DNA of 64,000 bases from Deltaproteobacteria bacterium (GTDB taxonomy: Bacteria; Myxococcota_A; Polyangia; Fen-1088), in assembly GCA_033763315.1 (NCBI GenBank), contig JANRKS010000040.1:32001-96000 (forward strand), written 5' to 3'. The notes beneath the pieces are model-generated. The model was not told where the DNA came from and did not search any database. It was given only the letters and a program-made list of their open reading frames with translations. The translations under genes and the position numbers were made by a program. Within the stretch, counting starts at the first letter, position 1. Each line of letters starts with the position of its first letter. Of the stretch, positions 9,511-19,898 are shown piece after piece.

Positions 9511-11121
9511 TCACCTCTGACGCGATTTCACGAAATCCTGCACGATCTCGCGGGCCAGCTGCGGCTCGAATGGTTTGTCCACGCACTTGTTCGGCGTTTG
9601 ATCTAAAAAGGCATGAGACTTGGGCGTAAACGCTCCGCCGGTCATGAACACAACCCTTTCGGCCATTTGCGGGAACTCTGACCGCATTTGCGCAAAGAAC
9701 TCCATGCCCGACATCTGCGGCATCATCAAATCGCAAAACACCACGTCATACGCTTGGCCCTCTTTCAAAAGAGCCAAGGCGGCTTTGCCGGACGTGACAG
9801 CGGTCACGGTATGATGGCGTAGCGCCCGCGTCAGCGACGCACCGATGGCAGGCTCGTCATCCACCACAAGCACCTGAGCGTTGGCCACTTGCTGCGGCAG
9901 CGGCGCACTGGGGGGCAAGTTCGATTGGGCGCGGCGCTGCGCGGCCGGCAGAATCACGCGGAATGTGGTGCCTTGGCCCACCACGCTTGTTACATGAATG
10001 TGGCCGCCCAAGGCGGTGACGATGTTGTGGCAGATTGACAGCCCCAAACCCGTCCCGATGCCCGTCGGGTTGGTTGTGAAGAACGGATCGAAGATGCGAC
10101 CGATGTGCTCAGGCGCGATCCCGTGCCCGGTGTCGCGCACCTCGATCACCACGCGGCCAGCAGCATCGGTGGCGATTGAAAGAGCGATCTCATTTGCTTC
10201 GAAGTTGCCCTCTTCGATGGCTTGAGCTGCGTTGATCAGAAGATTGATAAAGACCTGCCCAAGCCGAGATTCATCGGCCCACACGGGTGGCGTATCCGCG
10301 TAATCCCTTACCAGGCGTGCGCGCTGGCGGATCTCATTTGCAGTCATGTTGACGGACAAATCCAGTAGCGGTGCCACCTCCACCAGAGCCTTGCGCTCCT
10401 CCTCAGAGCGGGAAAACGTTTTGAGGCCCAGGACAATTTTGCGAATGCGCTCTGCACCCGCGTGTGCCTCTTGCGCCATGTCACGAATGTCATTGATCAA
10501 GTTGGCCCGGTCGCCGCGCTGATCCGGAGCATTGACAGCTTCGAGAATGAGACTGATGTTTGTGGTCACATAGGTCAGCGGGTTGTTGAGCTCGTGTGCC
10601 ACACCGGCCGCAAGCGTGCCTACCGAGGCCATGCGATCCGCGAACATGAGCTGTCGCCGCAGGCTTTCCTCCACGTCACGAGCCTTTCGCAGGCGCTCAT
10701 CGGTTTCTATCTGCTGAGTGACATCGCGGGCAATGGCATACACCAGGCCGCGTTCCGGGTCCGACACCGAACGCCACTCAAACCAGCGGTAGCCGCCATC
10801 CTTACACAAGTAGCGGTTGCGCAGATCCCACAACCAAGTGCCATCCCGCAGACCCTCCCGCGCCTTCAGCGTGGCGTCACGATCATCTATGTGAACAAAC
10901 TCTATGGACGGCCGTGACATCAACTCGGTCACCGACCACCCGAGGGTGCGCGTCCACGACTGGTTCAGACGCTTGAAATAGCCGTCAAAACCGGCGACGC
11001 AAACGTTGTCGAGCGACATCTCGAAAAAATCATCCAGCGCCACAGCGTCGGGCGACAACGGCTGTTCATTTTGGGCTCCTGCGCTCACCGACACAGCATC
11101 CCCGGCGCTGGCGGGCGACAC
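9511..11121 (-). CDS. PAS-domain hybrid histidine kinase/response regulator
   Basis: PAS (FVHIDD, YRWFEW), H-box AHELNNPL, N-box QVFINLLINA, G-boxes DTGHG and GTGLGL, receiver VLVVDD...DLMMP. Confidence 0.93.
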   Translation of the reverse strand: MSPASAGDAVSVSAGAQNEQPLSPDAVALDDFFEMSLDNVCVAGFDGYFKRLNQSWTRTLGWSVTELMSRPSIEFVHIDDRDATLKAREGLRDGTWLWDLRNRYLCKDGGYRWFEWRSVSDPERGLVYAIARDVTQQIETDERLRKARDVEESLRRQLMFADRMASVGTLAAGVAHELNNPLTYVTTNISLILEAVNAPDQRGDRANLINDIRDMAQEAHAGAERIRKIVLGLKTFSRSEEERKALVEVAPLLDLSVNMTANEIRQRARLVRDYADTPPVWADESRLGQVFINLLINAAQAIEEGNFEANEIALSIATDAAGRVVIEVRDTGHGIAPEHIGRIFDPFFTTNPTGIGTGLGLSICHNIVTALGGHIHVTSVVGQGTTFRVILPAAQRRAQSNLPPSAPLPQQVANAQVLVVDDEPAIGASLTRALRHHTVTAVTSGKAALALLKEGQAYDVVFCDLMMPQMSGMEFFAQMRSEFPQMAERVVFMTGGAFTPKSHAFLDQTPNKCVDKPFEPQLAREIVQDFVKSRQR

Positions 11122-11255
11122 GGCGAAAGGGCGATCAACCCATCGCGCCCGCCTTTCATGATCACCAAAGTAAGGCTCGTCGTCATCTGATGGTCAACCT
11201 TGCGTAACCCTCCTTGATTTTACTCTGTTCCAGGAAAGAAACCAACACAGCGCTG

Positions 11256-12041
11256 TCACGCAGTTTTCAAGGTGATCCAAGCCGGCGCGTGGTCACTGGC
11301 GCCCTCCTTGCCACGCACCCAGGTGTCAACGCCGGCGGCCGCAAGACGGGGCGCCAGGGTTGGGCTCAACAGGAGGTGATCGATCCGCAAACCCGCGTTT
11401 CGCTCCCAAGCGCCGCGCAAGTAGTCCCAGAAAGTGTAAACCGATTCGCGAGGGTAAACCGCACGGATGGCATCACACCAGCCTTGCGACAATAAGGTTG
11501 AGAACATCGCGCGGCTCTGCGGTTGCAACAGCGCGTTCTTGCTCCATGAGCGTGTGTTATAGATGTCGAAGTCGGTTGGCACAACGTTGTAATCACCCAC
11601 CAAAGCCACAGGGTGGCGCGTGTCAATCAACGCTTGTGCATGCCGGTTGAATCGTTCGAACCACGCCAGTTTATAATCAAACTTTGGCCCCGGTTGCGGG
11701 TTGCCGTTGGGTAAGTAGAGGCAAGCCACGATCACGCCGTTCACGGCCGCCTCAAGGTACCGAGCCTGCTCGTCTTTCGGATCACCCGGCAGGCCGCGCC
11801 GCGTTTCGATCGGTTTGCTTCCTTTGGCCAAAATGGCCACCCCATTCCACGTCTTCTGGCCATGCCAAATGGCTTCGTAACCGGCGGCCTTGATGGCGGC
11901 GCCAGGAAAATCACGATCGGTCGATTTGCTCTCCTGCAAGCAGACAACGTCGGGCGACTCGGCTTGCAGCCACTGCAACAGGTTGGCAAGCCGCTTCACC
12001 ACGCCGTTGATGTTGTAAGTGGCGATCTTAAGAGTCGACAT
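11256..12041 (-). CDS. xth: Exodeoxyribonuclease III
   Basis: KIATYNING, VCLQESK, YLPNGNP, GDYN, GLRIDH, SDHAP. Start moved to ATG 12041. Confidence 0.95.
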   Translation of the reverse strand: MSTLKIATYNINGVVKRLANLLQWLQAESPDVVCLQESKSTDRDFPGAAIKAAGYEAIWHGQKTWNGVAILAKGSKPIETRRGLPGDPKDEQARYLEAAVNGVIVACLYLPNGNPQPGPKFDYKLAWFERFNRHAQALIDTRHPVALVGDYNVVPTDFDIYNTRSWSKNALLQPQSRAMFSTLLSQGWCDAIRAVYPRESVYTFWDYLRGAWERNAGLRIDHLLLSPTLAPRLAAAGVDTWVRGKEGASDHAPAWITLKTA

Positions 12042-12114
12042 GTGGATGGGCGGAAAGGCAGCATACACGAATGCAGCCCCACAGAAGACCACGCCCAGCA
12101 CAGCCCTGGGTTGT

Positions 12115-12990
12115 ATGCTGGCGCTGCGTAGGAACCAAGCCTTGATCAAAATCGTTGTCGCTGTTTTCGGACTGGCCAGTGTGGCGTACGTCGGTCTTCT
12201 GATTTGGTTCCGTATGAACGAAGATACGCTGTTGTTTCACCCTGAAAAGGGACCACTCGCACCGCCCCCACCAGAGCTCCACCTAGACTATCAGGATGTC
12301 GCCTTCCCCAGCACCGGCGGTGTGGCATTGAAGGCGCGGCTGATCTCACCGCGGCCCGCCGGAGCGCAGGCACCACCAGGCTGGGTGCTCTACTTTCACG
12401 GTGCGGCCGGCAACGTAGGCACCGCGGGCTACAACGAGGCCTGGGCAAAATTCCGCGACGTCGGGCTGGGCGTGCTGGCGGCTGATTATCGCGGCTATGG
12501 TGAGAGCGAGGGCCAACCTTCGGAGTCGGGCTTCTATGACGACGCAGCGGCGGCCTACGTTTACCTTCGTGAAACGCTACACGTGGCAGCCTCACACATC
12601 GTGATCTATGGCTACTCGCTGGGCACGGGTGTGGCAATCGATCTGGCCACCCACGTCCAGGCGGCCGGTCTCGTCGTTGAGGGAGCCTTCACATCCGTGC
12701 CTGCGCGTGCCGCAGAGCTTTACCCATACGTTCCCGTGCGATCGTTGGCGCGCAACCGGTTCGCATCGCTCGACAAAATTCCGCACGTGACGATGCCGAT
12801 TTTGTTTGTGCATGCCCGCGAAGACGAAGCCGTACCGCTCGCCCACGGCAAACGGTTATTTGACGCCGCCACGGCGCCAAAACGTTTTGTAGCAGTTGCC
12901 GGCGGTCACACCACGGCGTTCAAAGTGGATGGCACGTTCTTCGAGGCAATCAAGCACTTCGTGGCTGATCTTGGTCTGCCCGTGCAGTGA
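12115..12990 (+). CDS. Alpha/beta hydrolase (ABHD13/BEM46-like), membrane-anchored
   Basis: N-terminal TM helix; YFHG, DYRGYGESEGQPSE, GYSLG nucleophile elbow, DEAVP, GGH. Confidence 0.9.
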   Translation: MLALRRNQALIKIVVAVFGLASVAYVGLLIWFRMNEDTLLFHPEKGPLAPPPPELHLDYQDVAFPSTGGVALKARLISPRPAGAQAPPGWVLYFHGAAGNVGTAGYNEAWAKFRDVGLGVLAADYRGYGESEGQPSESGFYDDAAAAYVYLRETLHVAASHIVIYGYSLGTGVAIDLATHVQAAGLVVEGAFTSVPARAAELYPYVPVRSLARNRFASLDKIPHVTMPILFVHAREDEAVPLAHGKRLFDAATAPKRFVAVAGGHTTAFKVDGTFFEAIKHFVADLGLPVQ

Positions 12991-12996
12991 CCGAAA

Positions 12997-14034
12997 TCAA
13001 GGCGTGGTCGGTCGTGTGTGCTGGTTCAAGTGTGCGCCTGCTTGATCCACCCGCGCCTGCGTGGCGGCGTTGGCGCTGCGTTTAAGCTCCACCCCAAACG
13101 CCCGTGTGAAGGGCAACCCCTGATCTTCGGGCAGATATCGGTTGAACACCGACAAGGCCCGCGAGAAGGCATTTGGCGCAACGGCATGAGCTGCGCGCAG
13201 AAGTTTGGCTTGCCACCCAAGTGTCAATTGGCCCCCACCCTGCCTCATAGACGCAACGATCAAGCGGGCCGCTCGATCGGCCGACATCGACGTCAGCGGC
13301 ATGGAGTCGCTGGCACTGAACCACGCGAACTCAGCTTCTGGGTTTCCTTTGAATTCTGCGTTCACGGGGGAGCCAGTGTGCAGCAGGCCTGGGATCACCG
13401 TGGTGACATCGATGTTGTCGCGCGCCAGCTCTGCACGCATGCCTTCGGACAACCCCATGAAAGCCGCCTTTGAGCAGTCATACGGCACAAGGTGGGGTAC
13501 GGGCACTTGGCCCGCGAAAGAGGTGACATTAACGATATGCCCGCCGCCCTGTTCGCGCATGTGTGGCAACACAGACCACACCACATTGAGCGGACCCCAA
13601 AAGTTCACCGCCATCGACTTTTCAAAATCGCCCAACGTCATCGAATCAAGTGGCCCCACGGAAATCATGCCCGCGTTGTTGACCAAGATGTCGATTCCAC
13701 CGTAGTCCTGCAAGACCGCCTGCACCATATCGTTGACGGAAGCTCGGTCGGTTACATCACATTGATACATCAGCACATGGCGTCCGTGGCCCTTGAGCTC
13801 TTGCCTGGCGCGATCAAGTTCACCCTCGTCGCGCGCACAGATCGCAAGGTGACAACCTTGATCCAGCAGCGCGCGCGACAACGCGAGGCCCAAGCCACGC
13901 GAGCCGCCGGTGACCAGAACCACTTGGTAGCGCAGGTCGCGCCGCTGCGTTCTGCGGTAAATCCAGCGGCCAGCCAGAAAGGCGCCACCAATGAAGGCCG
14001 CGGCTGTTAGTAGATCGGAATTGTCACGACGCAT
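12997..14034 (-). CDS. SDR family oxidoreductase
   Basis: TGGSRGLG, NNAG, YDCSK (YxxxK). Confidence 0.93.
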   Translation of the reverse strand: MRRDNSDLLTAAAFIGGAFLAGRWIYRRTQRRDLRYQVVLVTGGSRGLGLALSRALLDQGCHLAICARDEGELDRARQELKGHGRHVLMYQCDVTDRASVNDMVQAVLQDYGGIDILVNNAGMISVGPLDSMTLGDFEKSMAVNFWGPLNVVWSVLPHMREQGGGHIVNVTSFAGQVPVPHLVPYDCSKAAFMGLSEGMRAELARDNIDVTTVIPGLLHTGSPVNAEFKGNPEAEFAWFSASDSMPLTSMSADRAARLIVASMRQGGGQLTLGWQAKLLRAAHAVAPNAFSRALSVFNRYLPEDQGLPFTRAFGVELKRSANAATQARVDQAGAHLNQHTRPTTP

Positions 14035-14081
14035 TTCGCCCCTTCGGCGTCCGGCTTGGTGAACGCCTGAGCTGAACCAAC

Positions 14082-14097
14082 TGCAAAAGCCTCGCCA
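14082..14097 (-). promoter_or_regulatory. Putative sigma54 promoter of the SDR gene
   Basis: Minus strand TGGCGAGGCTTTTGCA = GG-N10-GC, about 50 bp upstream of ATG 14034. Confidence 0.6.
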
Positions 14098-14226
14098 TAC
14101 CGCGGCTCCGGGGAAAGCCCTCCCCGGGTGCAGGAGCCAAGGATCCGACGTTGCGGGTCCCTAACGCGCGGCTCACCTTCGTGTCGATCCGGAAACCACA
14201 AAGCGGAACCCAAGAAGCAAAACCTG

Positions 14227-14253
14227 GGAACCTTCGCCCAGCCCGGCTGTCTA
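14227..14253 (+). promoter_or_regulatory. Putative ECF-sigma promoter
   Basis: GGAACC-N16-GTCTA immediately upstream of GTG 14261. Confidence 0.5.
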
Positions 14254-14260
14254 TACACGT

Positions 14261-15610
14261 GTGCGGCCGCATCCCTTTGTTTGGGTGATGTGTGCTCTGG
14301 CAGGTTCCACAACCTACTGGGCATTGCAGGCGGTTATGGCGCCCCGGGGAAAACCCGCGGCCGCAGCGAACGCGGCTCCCGTCGTGAGGCCCGCCGCTAC
14401 GCCAACCATGCCCCAATTTTTAGACCTCGCGGTGCCGCCACCAGAGGTGGCGTGTGTCCCAAAGCCCGGCCGCGCCTGTCTGGCTGGCCGCGTGGTGCTG
14501 TCGCCCAAGGCGCGTGATTTGTGGCAACGGCAACAAGGAACAGCGCCCTTTGCCTTCACATCCCTTCGTATCACGCCTCACCGTCATGTGATGGATGAGC
14601 ATAAACAAGGTGATGAAGTTGAGGACGACGATGACAGCGACGAGACTGACAACCGCCACACGTGCGCGTGCGACGAGATATACGTGGGTTCGGATGGTCG
14701 CTTCGAACTTGGGCTGCTGCCAGGGCTCTACGATGTGCAGGCGCGCACCGAAGACAATGCCTTCACAGGCGTACTGGCTCGGTTTGAAGCGAAAGAACGA
14801 GCCAGCGTCGGCCCCGTTGAGTTGTTGTTAAACGTGGCGATGCACTTGACGGGCGTCGTGAGAAACCCGCAGGGGCAACCCGTGGCGAACGTGCGCGTTG
14901 AGGTGCAACGCACGGCCCCTGGGCGCTTGCAGCCGCAATCAATTCATGGACGCACAGATCAAGACGGCCACTTTGATTTCGCGCCGATGGAAGAAGGCCT
15001 TTATGATCTCGAGTTCACTTCTTCACGATACCGAAGCGCTTCACTGTTCGGCGTGTCTGCCAACCATTCCCCATTTGAGGTGCGTATGACGCGCAGCCCA
15101 GCGTTGTTGGGGATGGTGGCGGCCGGCGATCAAGATTGTCCGCCGTTTGTCGAAGTGCGGGGCCGCCTGCGATCGATGCGCGTGCCCACCGAGACGCCAG
15201 GCTGCACTTTCTATACGCAAACGTTGCCTCCCGAAGAGCAGCTACACGTTGTTGCGACGCTGGCGGGGCGGAACATTGAACAGTATTTCACTGTGCCGGT
15301 GCTTGGGGATCCGCCGGTGGTTTGCCTCGGCGGCCCCTGCCCTTTCAACCCAGCCGTTGTGTTGGTGATGCCCATTGGTGGCGAAATGGATGCTTTGTTC
15401 GTGGACACCGAAGGCAGCGAGAACGATGAGGAGCTGGGCCAGGGCATGGTGACCTCTGGTGGATTCGCACCGAACCGCTTCTACGCATTCGCTGGCTTTC
15501 GCGCGGGGCAAACCGTACGCGTGGGCGATCCCGATCAGCGGCACGCGCAGGCACGCGTCACATTGCATACGGGAGTGAACGAATTGACAATCACAGTGCC
15601 CCAACATTGA
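14261..15610 (+). CDS. Membrane-anchored protein with carboxypeptidase-regulatory-like beta-sandwich domains
   Basis: N-terminal hydrophobic anchor; DGRFEL.LLPGLYDV and LTGVVRNPQGQPVANVRV...RTDQDGHFDF...EGLYDL repeats; acidic insert. Confidence 0.75.
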   Translation: MRPHPFVWVMCALAGSTTYWALQAVMAPRGKPAAAANAAPVVRPAATPTMPQFLDLAVPPPEVACVPKPGRACLAGRVVLSPKARDLWQRQQGTAPFAFTSLRITPHRHVMDEHKQGDEVEDDDDSDETDNRHTCACDEIYVGSDGRFELGLLPGLYDVQARTEDNAFTGVLARFEAKERASVGPVELLLNVAMHLTGVVRNPQGQPVANVRVEVQRTAPGRLQPQSIHGRTDQDGHFDFAPMEEGLYDLEFTSSRYRSASLFGVSANHSPFEVRMTRSPALLGMVAAGDQDCPPFVEVRGRLRSMRVPTETPGCTFYTQTLPPEEQLHVVATLAGRNIEQYFTVPVLGDPPVVCLGGPCPFNPAVVLVMPIGGEMDALFVDTEGSENDEELGQGMVTSGGFAPNRFYAFAGFRAGQTVRVGDPDQRHAQARVTLHTGVNELTITVPQH

Positions 15611-15643
15611 TGTAAAGGCGTGGTGTTGTTGACGATGACGATT

Positions 15644-17653
15644 TCAAGCGTCGCGGCTGATCTCTGCCGCAAACAATTCGTGCATCAGCTGGCTGATGTC
15701 CTCCCGTGAGGCCGTGGCGAAGGGGCGCAACATGCGCGCAAACTCGCCGGCCGAACGAATGCGTTGATCCACGGTGGGCGCCATCGCTTGCTTGATCACT
15801 TGCACAAGCTCCGGATCGAGTTTCGTCATCTCAAGATCCATGCGCGAGAACTCGGTGTGCCCGGGGCCCACGGCGGCGCGGAGGATCTGGTTGATGGGCG
15901 TGAGCTCCTTGCTGTTGTAGAGCGCGTGGCCCACCAAACAACAAAACGCCACCACGCCAGCGGCAAACACATCGGCGCGCGCGTCCACGGCTTCTCCGCG
16001 CGCCTGCTCGGGCGACATATAGCCGGCGTTGCCCTTGACCATCCCCATCTGCGTTTTGCTGACCCGGCTTTCCGCTTTGACAATGCCGAAATCCGACAGC
16101 TTCACTTCGCCCGCGTAGGACACGAGTACGTTCGAGAGCGACACGTCCCTGTGGACTATCTCCATTGGCTTGCCTTTGGCGTCGACGCGGGTGTGGGCAT
16201 ATTCGAGTGCCAACAACACTTCGCGAATGATGGTCATCGCGATCGGCGTGGGCAGCGGCTTGCCATGCACTGACATGTGCCGCAGCAAAACCTTCTCCAG
16301 ATCTTTGCCGGCCACGTACTCAAGCGCCAAGAAGTAATCGTTGCCCGCTCGGCCGAAATCAAACACCGATACGATATTTGAATGCGCTAGCCCAGATTGC
16401 AAACGCGCCTCATCCACGAACTGCGCAACCGCTTCGGGCAAACCAAGCAAATGCGGATGCATGCGTTTGACCACCAAAGTGCGCTCAAACCCCTCGGCCC
16501 CGTGAAGGATCGCGCGGAAGATCTCCGCCATGCCGCCTTCGCCGATGCGATCCAGCAAAGAATAGCGCCCCAACACATGGGGCTTTTGTTCTCGCAAATC
16601 AACAGCCACCGCGGTGGCGCTCATCGTTTCCGAAACGCTGATCTCACCGGAGGGTTTGCGTGTGCGAGGATCAGAGGTGCCATGCGTTTCGGCCACGCGG
16701 GGGGCGGTGGGGCCCGTGCCGATCACTGTGGCCTTTGCTGGCAACGCCGCAGCTGGCGCTTCCGCTGGAGTAAGGGGTTGCGTGGGCGTGCGGAACAACA
16801 CAACAACACCAGCAAGTACGAAAACCGCACCCAAGCCCCAAAACACGAATGCCAGTGGGTTCACGGCGGACGGTGCGGCCAAAGGCACGGCGCCCACCGC
16901 CCACAACCACAAACCACCGGGAAGCTGCTTGGATGCGAACGGCAGATAGTCCGCTGTGGCACCGGCAGGGGCGCCTTCTTGCCCCAGCAGTTGCGGCAAC
17001 GCCGCGGTCTGCGCCGCAGGGCCGCCAGCCAAGAGCAACTGTTGCCCATCGGAAATGCCGAGCGCCGCACCACTGGTCAACGCGGCAGCGGTGAGCGCTT
17101 CCTGCGTCAACACTTCAGCCAAGATGATCACGCCCTCATGCTGGCCACCCGCAGGCTCCAAACGAGCGGCCGCGGCGGCATACACGCGGCCACTGCCTTT
17201 GATCAACCCTGAAGCCACTTTGTTTGCCGACGCACGTTTGATCAAATCATCTGCCACGGGCATCGGTGATTCCAAGAACAACGAGGCGAGCGGTTTGCCG
17301 CTAACCACGAGCGCGCTCACGCGGCCACGGCTGCGAAACGGGTTCCACCAATCCTCGTTTTCAAACGCGTCCTGAAACGTAGCCGCGTCAACCTCATCGC
17401 GAACGGCGGCAAGCAAAGGCGGCAGCCGTGCTGCCTCGGCCGCTGGTACCTCGAGTGATTTGCCCCGGCTGTCTAAGGCCGCTTGGGCCCGCGAAACGAA
17501 ACGTTCTGCCACAGCAGCCACCGGCGCCGCTTGCGAACGCTTTTGCCCGTGCATCGCGAAGCCCCCACCCAAGGCTGCCGCGCCGAGGGCAATGAGCACG
17601 AGCGGCAAACGCGAAACACGGCGCACGGGTGCAGGCGATTGATCAGTCTTCAT
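15644..17653 (-). CDS. Membrane Ser/Thr protein kinase with N-terminal periplasmic sensor domain (TM-sensor-TM-kinase)
   Basis: Two TM helices flank about 230 aa; kinase motifs IGEGGMAEIF, VVKR, HRDVSLSN, DFG, GNAGYMSPEQ, DVFAAG. Confidence 0.92.
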   Translation of the reverse strand: MKTDQSPAPVRRVSRLPLVLIALGAAALGGGFAMHGQKRSQAAPVAAVAERFVSRAQAALDSRGKSLEVPAAEAARLPPLLAAVRDEVDAATFQDAFENEDWWNPFRSRGRVSALVVSGKPLASLFLESPMPVADDLIKRASANKVASGLIKGSGRVYAAAAARLEPAGGQHEGVIILAEVLTQEALTAAALTSGAALGISDGQQLLLAGGPAAQTAALPQLLGQEGAPAGATADYLPFASKQLPGGLWLWAVGAVPLAAPSAVNPLAFVFWGLGAVFVLAGVVVLFRTPTQPLTPAEAPAAALPAKATVIGTGPTAPRVAETHGTSDPRTRKPSGEISVSETMSATAVAVDLREQKPHVLGRYSLLDRIGEGGMAEIFRAILHGAEGFERTLVVKRMHPHLLGLPEAVAQFVDEARLQSGLAHSNIVSVFDFGRAGNDYFLALEYVAGKDLEKVLLRHMSVHGKPLPTPIAMTIIREVLLALEYAHTRVDAKGKPMEIVHRDVSLSNVLVSYAGEVKLSDFGIVKAESRVSKTQMGMVKGNAGYMSPEQARGEAVDARADVFAAGVVAFCCLVGHALYNSKELTPINQILRAAVGPGHTEFSRMDLEMTKLDPELVQVIKQAMAPTVDQRIRSAGEFARMLRPFATASREDISQLMHELFAAEISRDA

Positions 17654-18572
17654 AAGATCCGTACGCCTGGCCAAACTTGTTCAGATGCGGCTGCTTCGGG
17701 GCCACGGACGCGGCCATTTGCACCCGGTTCACGCCGCCCGCAACCTCGACAGCCTTAACAGCAGGCTTGATCCCTGGCGCCCACAACACGACCTTGCGCA
17801 CGCCGACGGGCACGCCATCGATCTCGAAGGAGCCATCGCCGTTGACCTTCGCAAAATAACCATTGGGCACCACCAACACATCCGCCTGCATCTTGCTGTG
17901 GATGTTGCACATGATTTCCACGTGCCCCGGCCGCGTCAGCGCCACGGGAGAAGACGTGGTTCCTCCCTTAAGGCTGCCCACGTCAAACGCGTTGCTACGG
18001 CTTTTGGAGAACACGTTGTGAAAGATGGCGTCGCGGTTCGGGAAGATCAACTTGGTGCCCACCGGCACCGCCACCACGCGCGGTGCGAATTGCTTGTTCT
18101 CCTGCCGAATCTCCACGGTGCGAAGCGGGCCCGTACGCCCGCGCAAGCCATCGACATAAACATATGCCTCGCCCGCCCCCGAAGGCAGTTCAACCTTGCC
18201 CTGCAGCTTTCCCGTGGTGGCGGCCACTTCGCGCGTCGTCTGGCTTGGTTGATCGGGCGTTGCCGCCGGCGTGCTGGGTGTGGCGGGCTTGGGCAACGCG
18301 GGAATGTTCATCGCCTGGTTGCCTGCGCTCGCACGAATGAGCTGCACCAACACGTCGTAACGTTGTTGATCGGCGGCCATCATGTTCAGGATCAGCTGTT
18401 TCTGCTCAGCCAGCTCGCGCTCCAGCCGTGCGACGTCAGACTGCAACCGCGCAACCTCTGAAGAGGGGTCCGCGGCCGCTGCGATGGAAGGAGCGGCAAG
18501 GAGGCACCCCACCCCGAATAGCGTCGTAAGCAAATGCTGCCTTGAAATAGACATCGTGGGCAATCTTCTCAT
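17643..18572 (-). CDS. Secreted cupredoxin-like protein (methylamine-utilisation-protein-like) with N-terminal coiled coil
   Basis: Signal peptide; QENKQFAPRV...FPNRDAIFHNVFS...CNIHSKM gives His/Cys/His/Met type-1 Cu ligands; followed by DGSFEIDGVPVG sandwich. Confidence 0.85.
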   Translation of the reverse strand: MRRLPTMSISRQHLLTTLFGVGCLLAAPSIAAAADPSSEVARLQSDVARLERELAEQKQLILNMMAADQQRYDVLVQLIRASAGNQAMNIPALPKPATPSTPAATPDQPSQTTREVAATTGKLQGKVELPSGAGEAYVYVDGLRGRTGPLRTVEIRQENKQFAPRVVAVPVGTKLIFPNRDAIFHNVFSKSRSNAFDVGSLKGGTTSSPVALTRPGHVEIMCNIHSKMQADVLVVPNGYFAKVNGDGSFEIDGVPVGVRKVVLWAPGIKPAVKAVEVAGGVNRVQMAASVAPKQPHLNKFGQAYGSYED

Positions 18573-18587
18573 CGCTCGGCTCCCAAA

Positions 18588-19898
18588 TTAAAAAGAAAGC
18601 ACCAGACTGCTGGTGAACACGTCGTTTCGGACGGCAGGCAAACCGCCGTATTCCCCATTGCGCAGGTATTCGGCCTTCAAGGCACTGCCTTCGGACAAGG
18701 TCATACGCACGCCGGCCGTCGCGCGCCACGATTTGGTAGCATAAAGACGTTCGTCGCCCAACCACACGCGGGCGCTGCGGTATTCGCCGCGGCCATAGGC
18801 GCCGAAGGTGGCATTGATAAGCCAGTCGAGTTCAAGGTAACCGCCGCCCTTGAGATCCAGGTCGTAAACGTCATCGGCGGCGCGGCCATCCATCTTGCCT
18901 TTGAGGAACTCAGCGCGCACGAGCAAGCGGCCGAGATCGGCCTGCACATCGGCGCCCGCGAAATAGGCCGTGCCCTTGCTGGAAGGCGAGCGATCCGGGG
19001 CGCCGTAGCTGCCCGACAGGCCCAACTCCACGCCGAACGGCAACCGCGCCGAAACGCGCGCGGACCCTGTTTTCGCAGCGTTGCTATCAACCTCGTCGTA
19101 AAAGTGAAACTGCTCCCAGGTGTTGGATCCATTGGTCAGCGCCATCGCCACCACCAACCAATCGCTGGCGCCAAACTTTGTGCGGGCTTTGACACCCACG
19201 GCAGGGTTGGTTGTGTAGCGAGCAATCAACGATGGCGTGACGCCGAAGCGCTGGTGTGATTTGCGGTTGCGGTATTCAATGCCCAACACCGAATCGGTTT
19301 TGCCCACAAACAACGAAGTGCGCTGCGATTGCGTGGGCAACCACTCAACCTGGGCGATGTCGAGATCCATCACGTCGCCTAGGCGAAAGTCGTTGCCTGT
19401 GCGAGGCGTGATGTTCAGGCTGGCGGTGATGATCGCTGTGGGTGTCATGGCCGCCCGCATGCGCAGGTTCAATTCATTCACGATAAACCCAGGGGCCCCG
19501 CGTGAGTTGATGCTGTCAAAGCGATCCGTGCCTGGCGCGTTGCCAAGGTCAGCCACTTCCCCGCGCGAATTGACCGCGGGGGCCAAAATATCGCCCAAGA
19601 ACACCCAGCCGAAGTTGCCATAGCGGTTGCTGAAGTCTTGGACGTAACCCGACCCATCACCTTGGGGAGCAAAGAACCCAACATCCACATAGCCACTCCA
19701 CTGCAGCTTCGGGTTGCGGTTGAGCAGCATCTCCTCGTTGCGCTGCACACGCTCGCGCAATTCGGCGATCGATTCGGGCGTCTCAAACACGGTGGTATCA
19801 GCGCCAGACACTTCATCTGTTGTGACTTCGGCATCCGCGGCCTGTGCCACCGCGGTCCAGATCGCACACGCGAAAAGGTATGTGACAAGGCTTTTCAC
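18588..19898 (-). CDS. Putative outer-membrane beta-barrel/porin
   Basis: Signal peptide, short coiled coil, WSGYVDVGF, amphipathic beta-strands, C-terminal Phe (SLVLSF). GTG overlaps the upstream stop. Confidence 0.75.
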   Translation of the reverse strand: MKSLVTYLFACAIWTAVAQAADAEVTTDEVSGADTTVFETPESIAELRERVQRNEEMLLNRNPKLQWSGYVDVGFFAPQGDGSGYVQDFSNRYGNFGWVFLGDILAPAVNSRGEVADLGNAPGTDRFDSINSRGAPGFIVNELNLRMRAAMTPTAIITASLNITPRTGNDFRLGDVMDLDIAQVEWLPTQSQRTSLFVGKTDSVLGIEYRNRKSHQRFGVTPSLIARYTTNPAVGVKARTKFGASDWLVVAMALTNGSNTWEQFHFYDEVDSNAAKTGSARVSARLPFGVELGLSGSYGAPDRSPSSKGTAYFAGADVQADLGRLLVRAEFLKGKMDGRAADDVYDLDLKGGGYLELDWLINATFGAYGRGEYRSARVWLGDERLYATKSWRATAGVRMTLSEGSALKAEYLRNGEYGGLPAVRNDVFTSSLVLSF

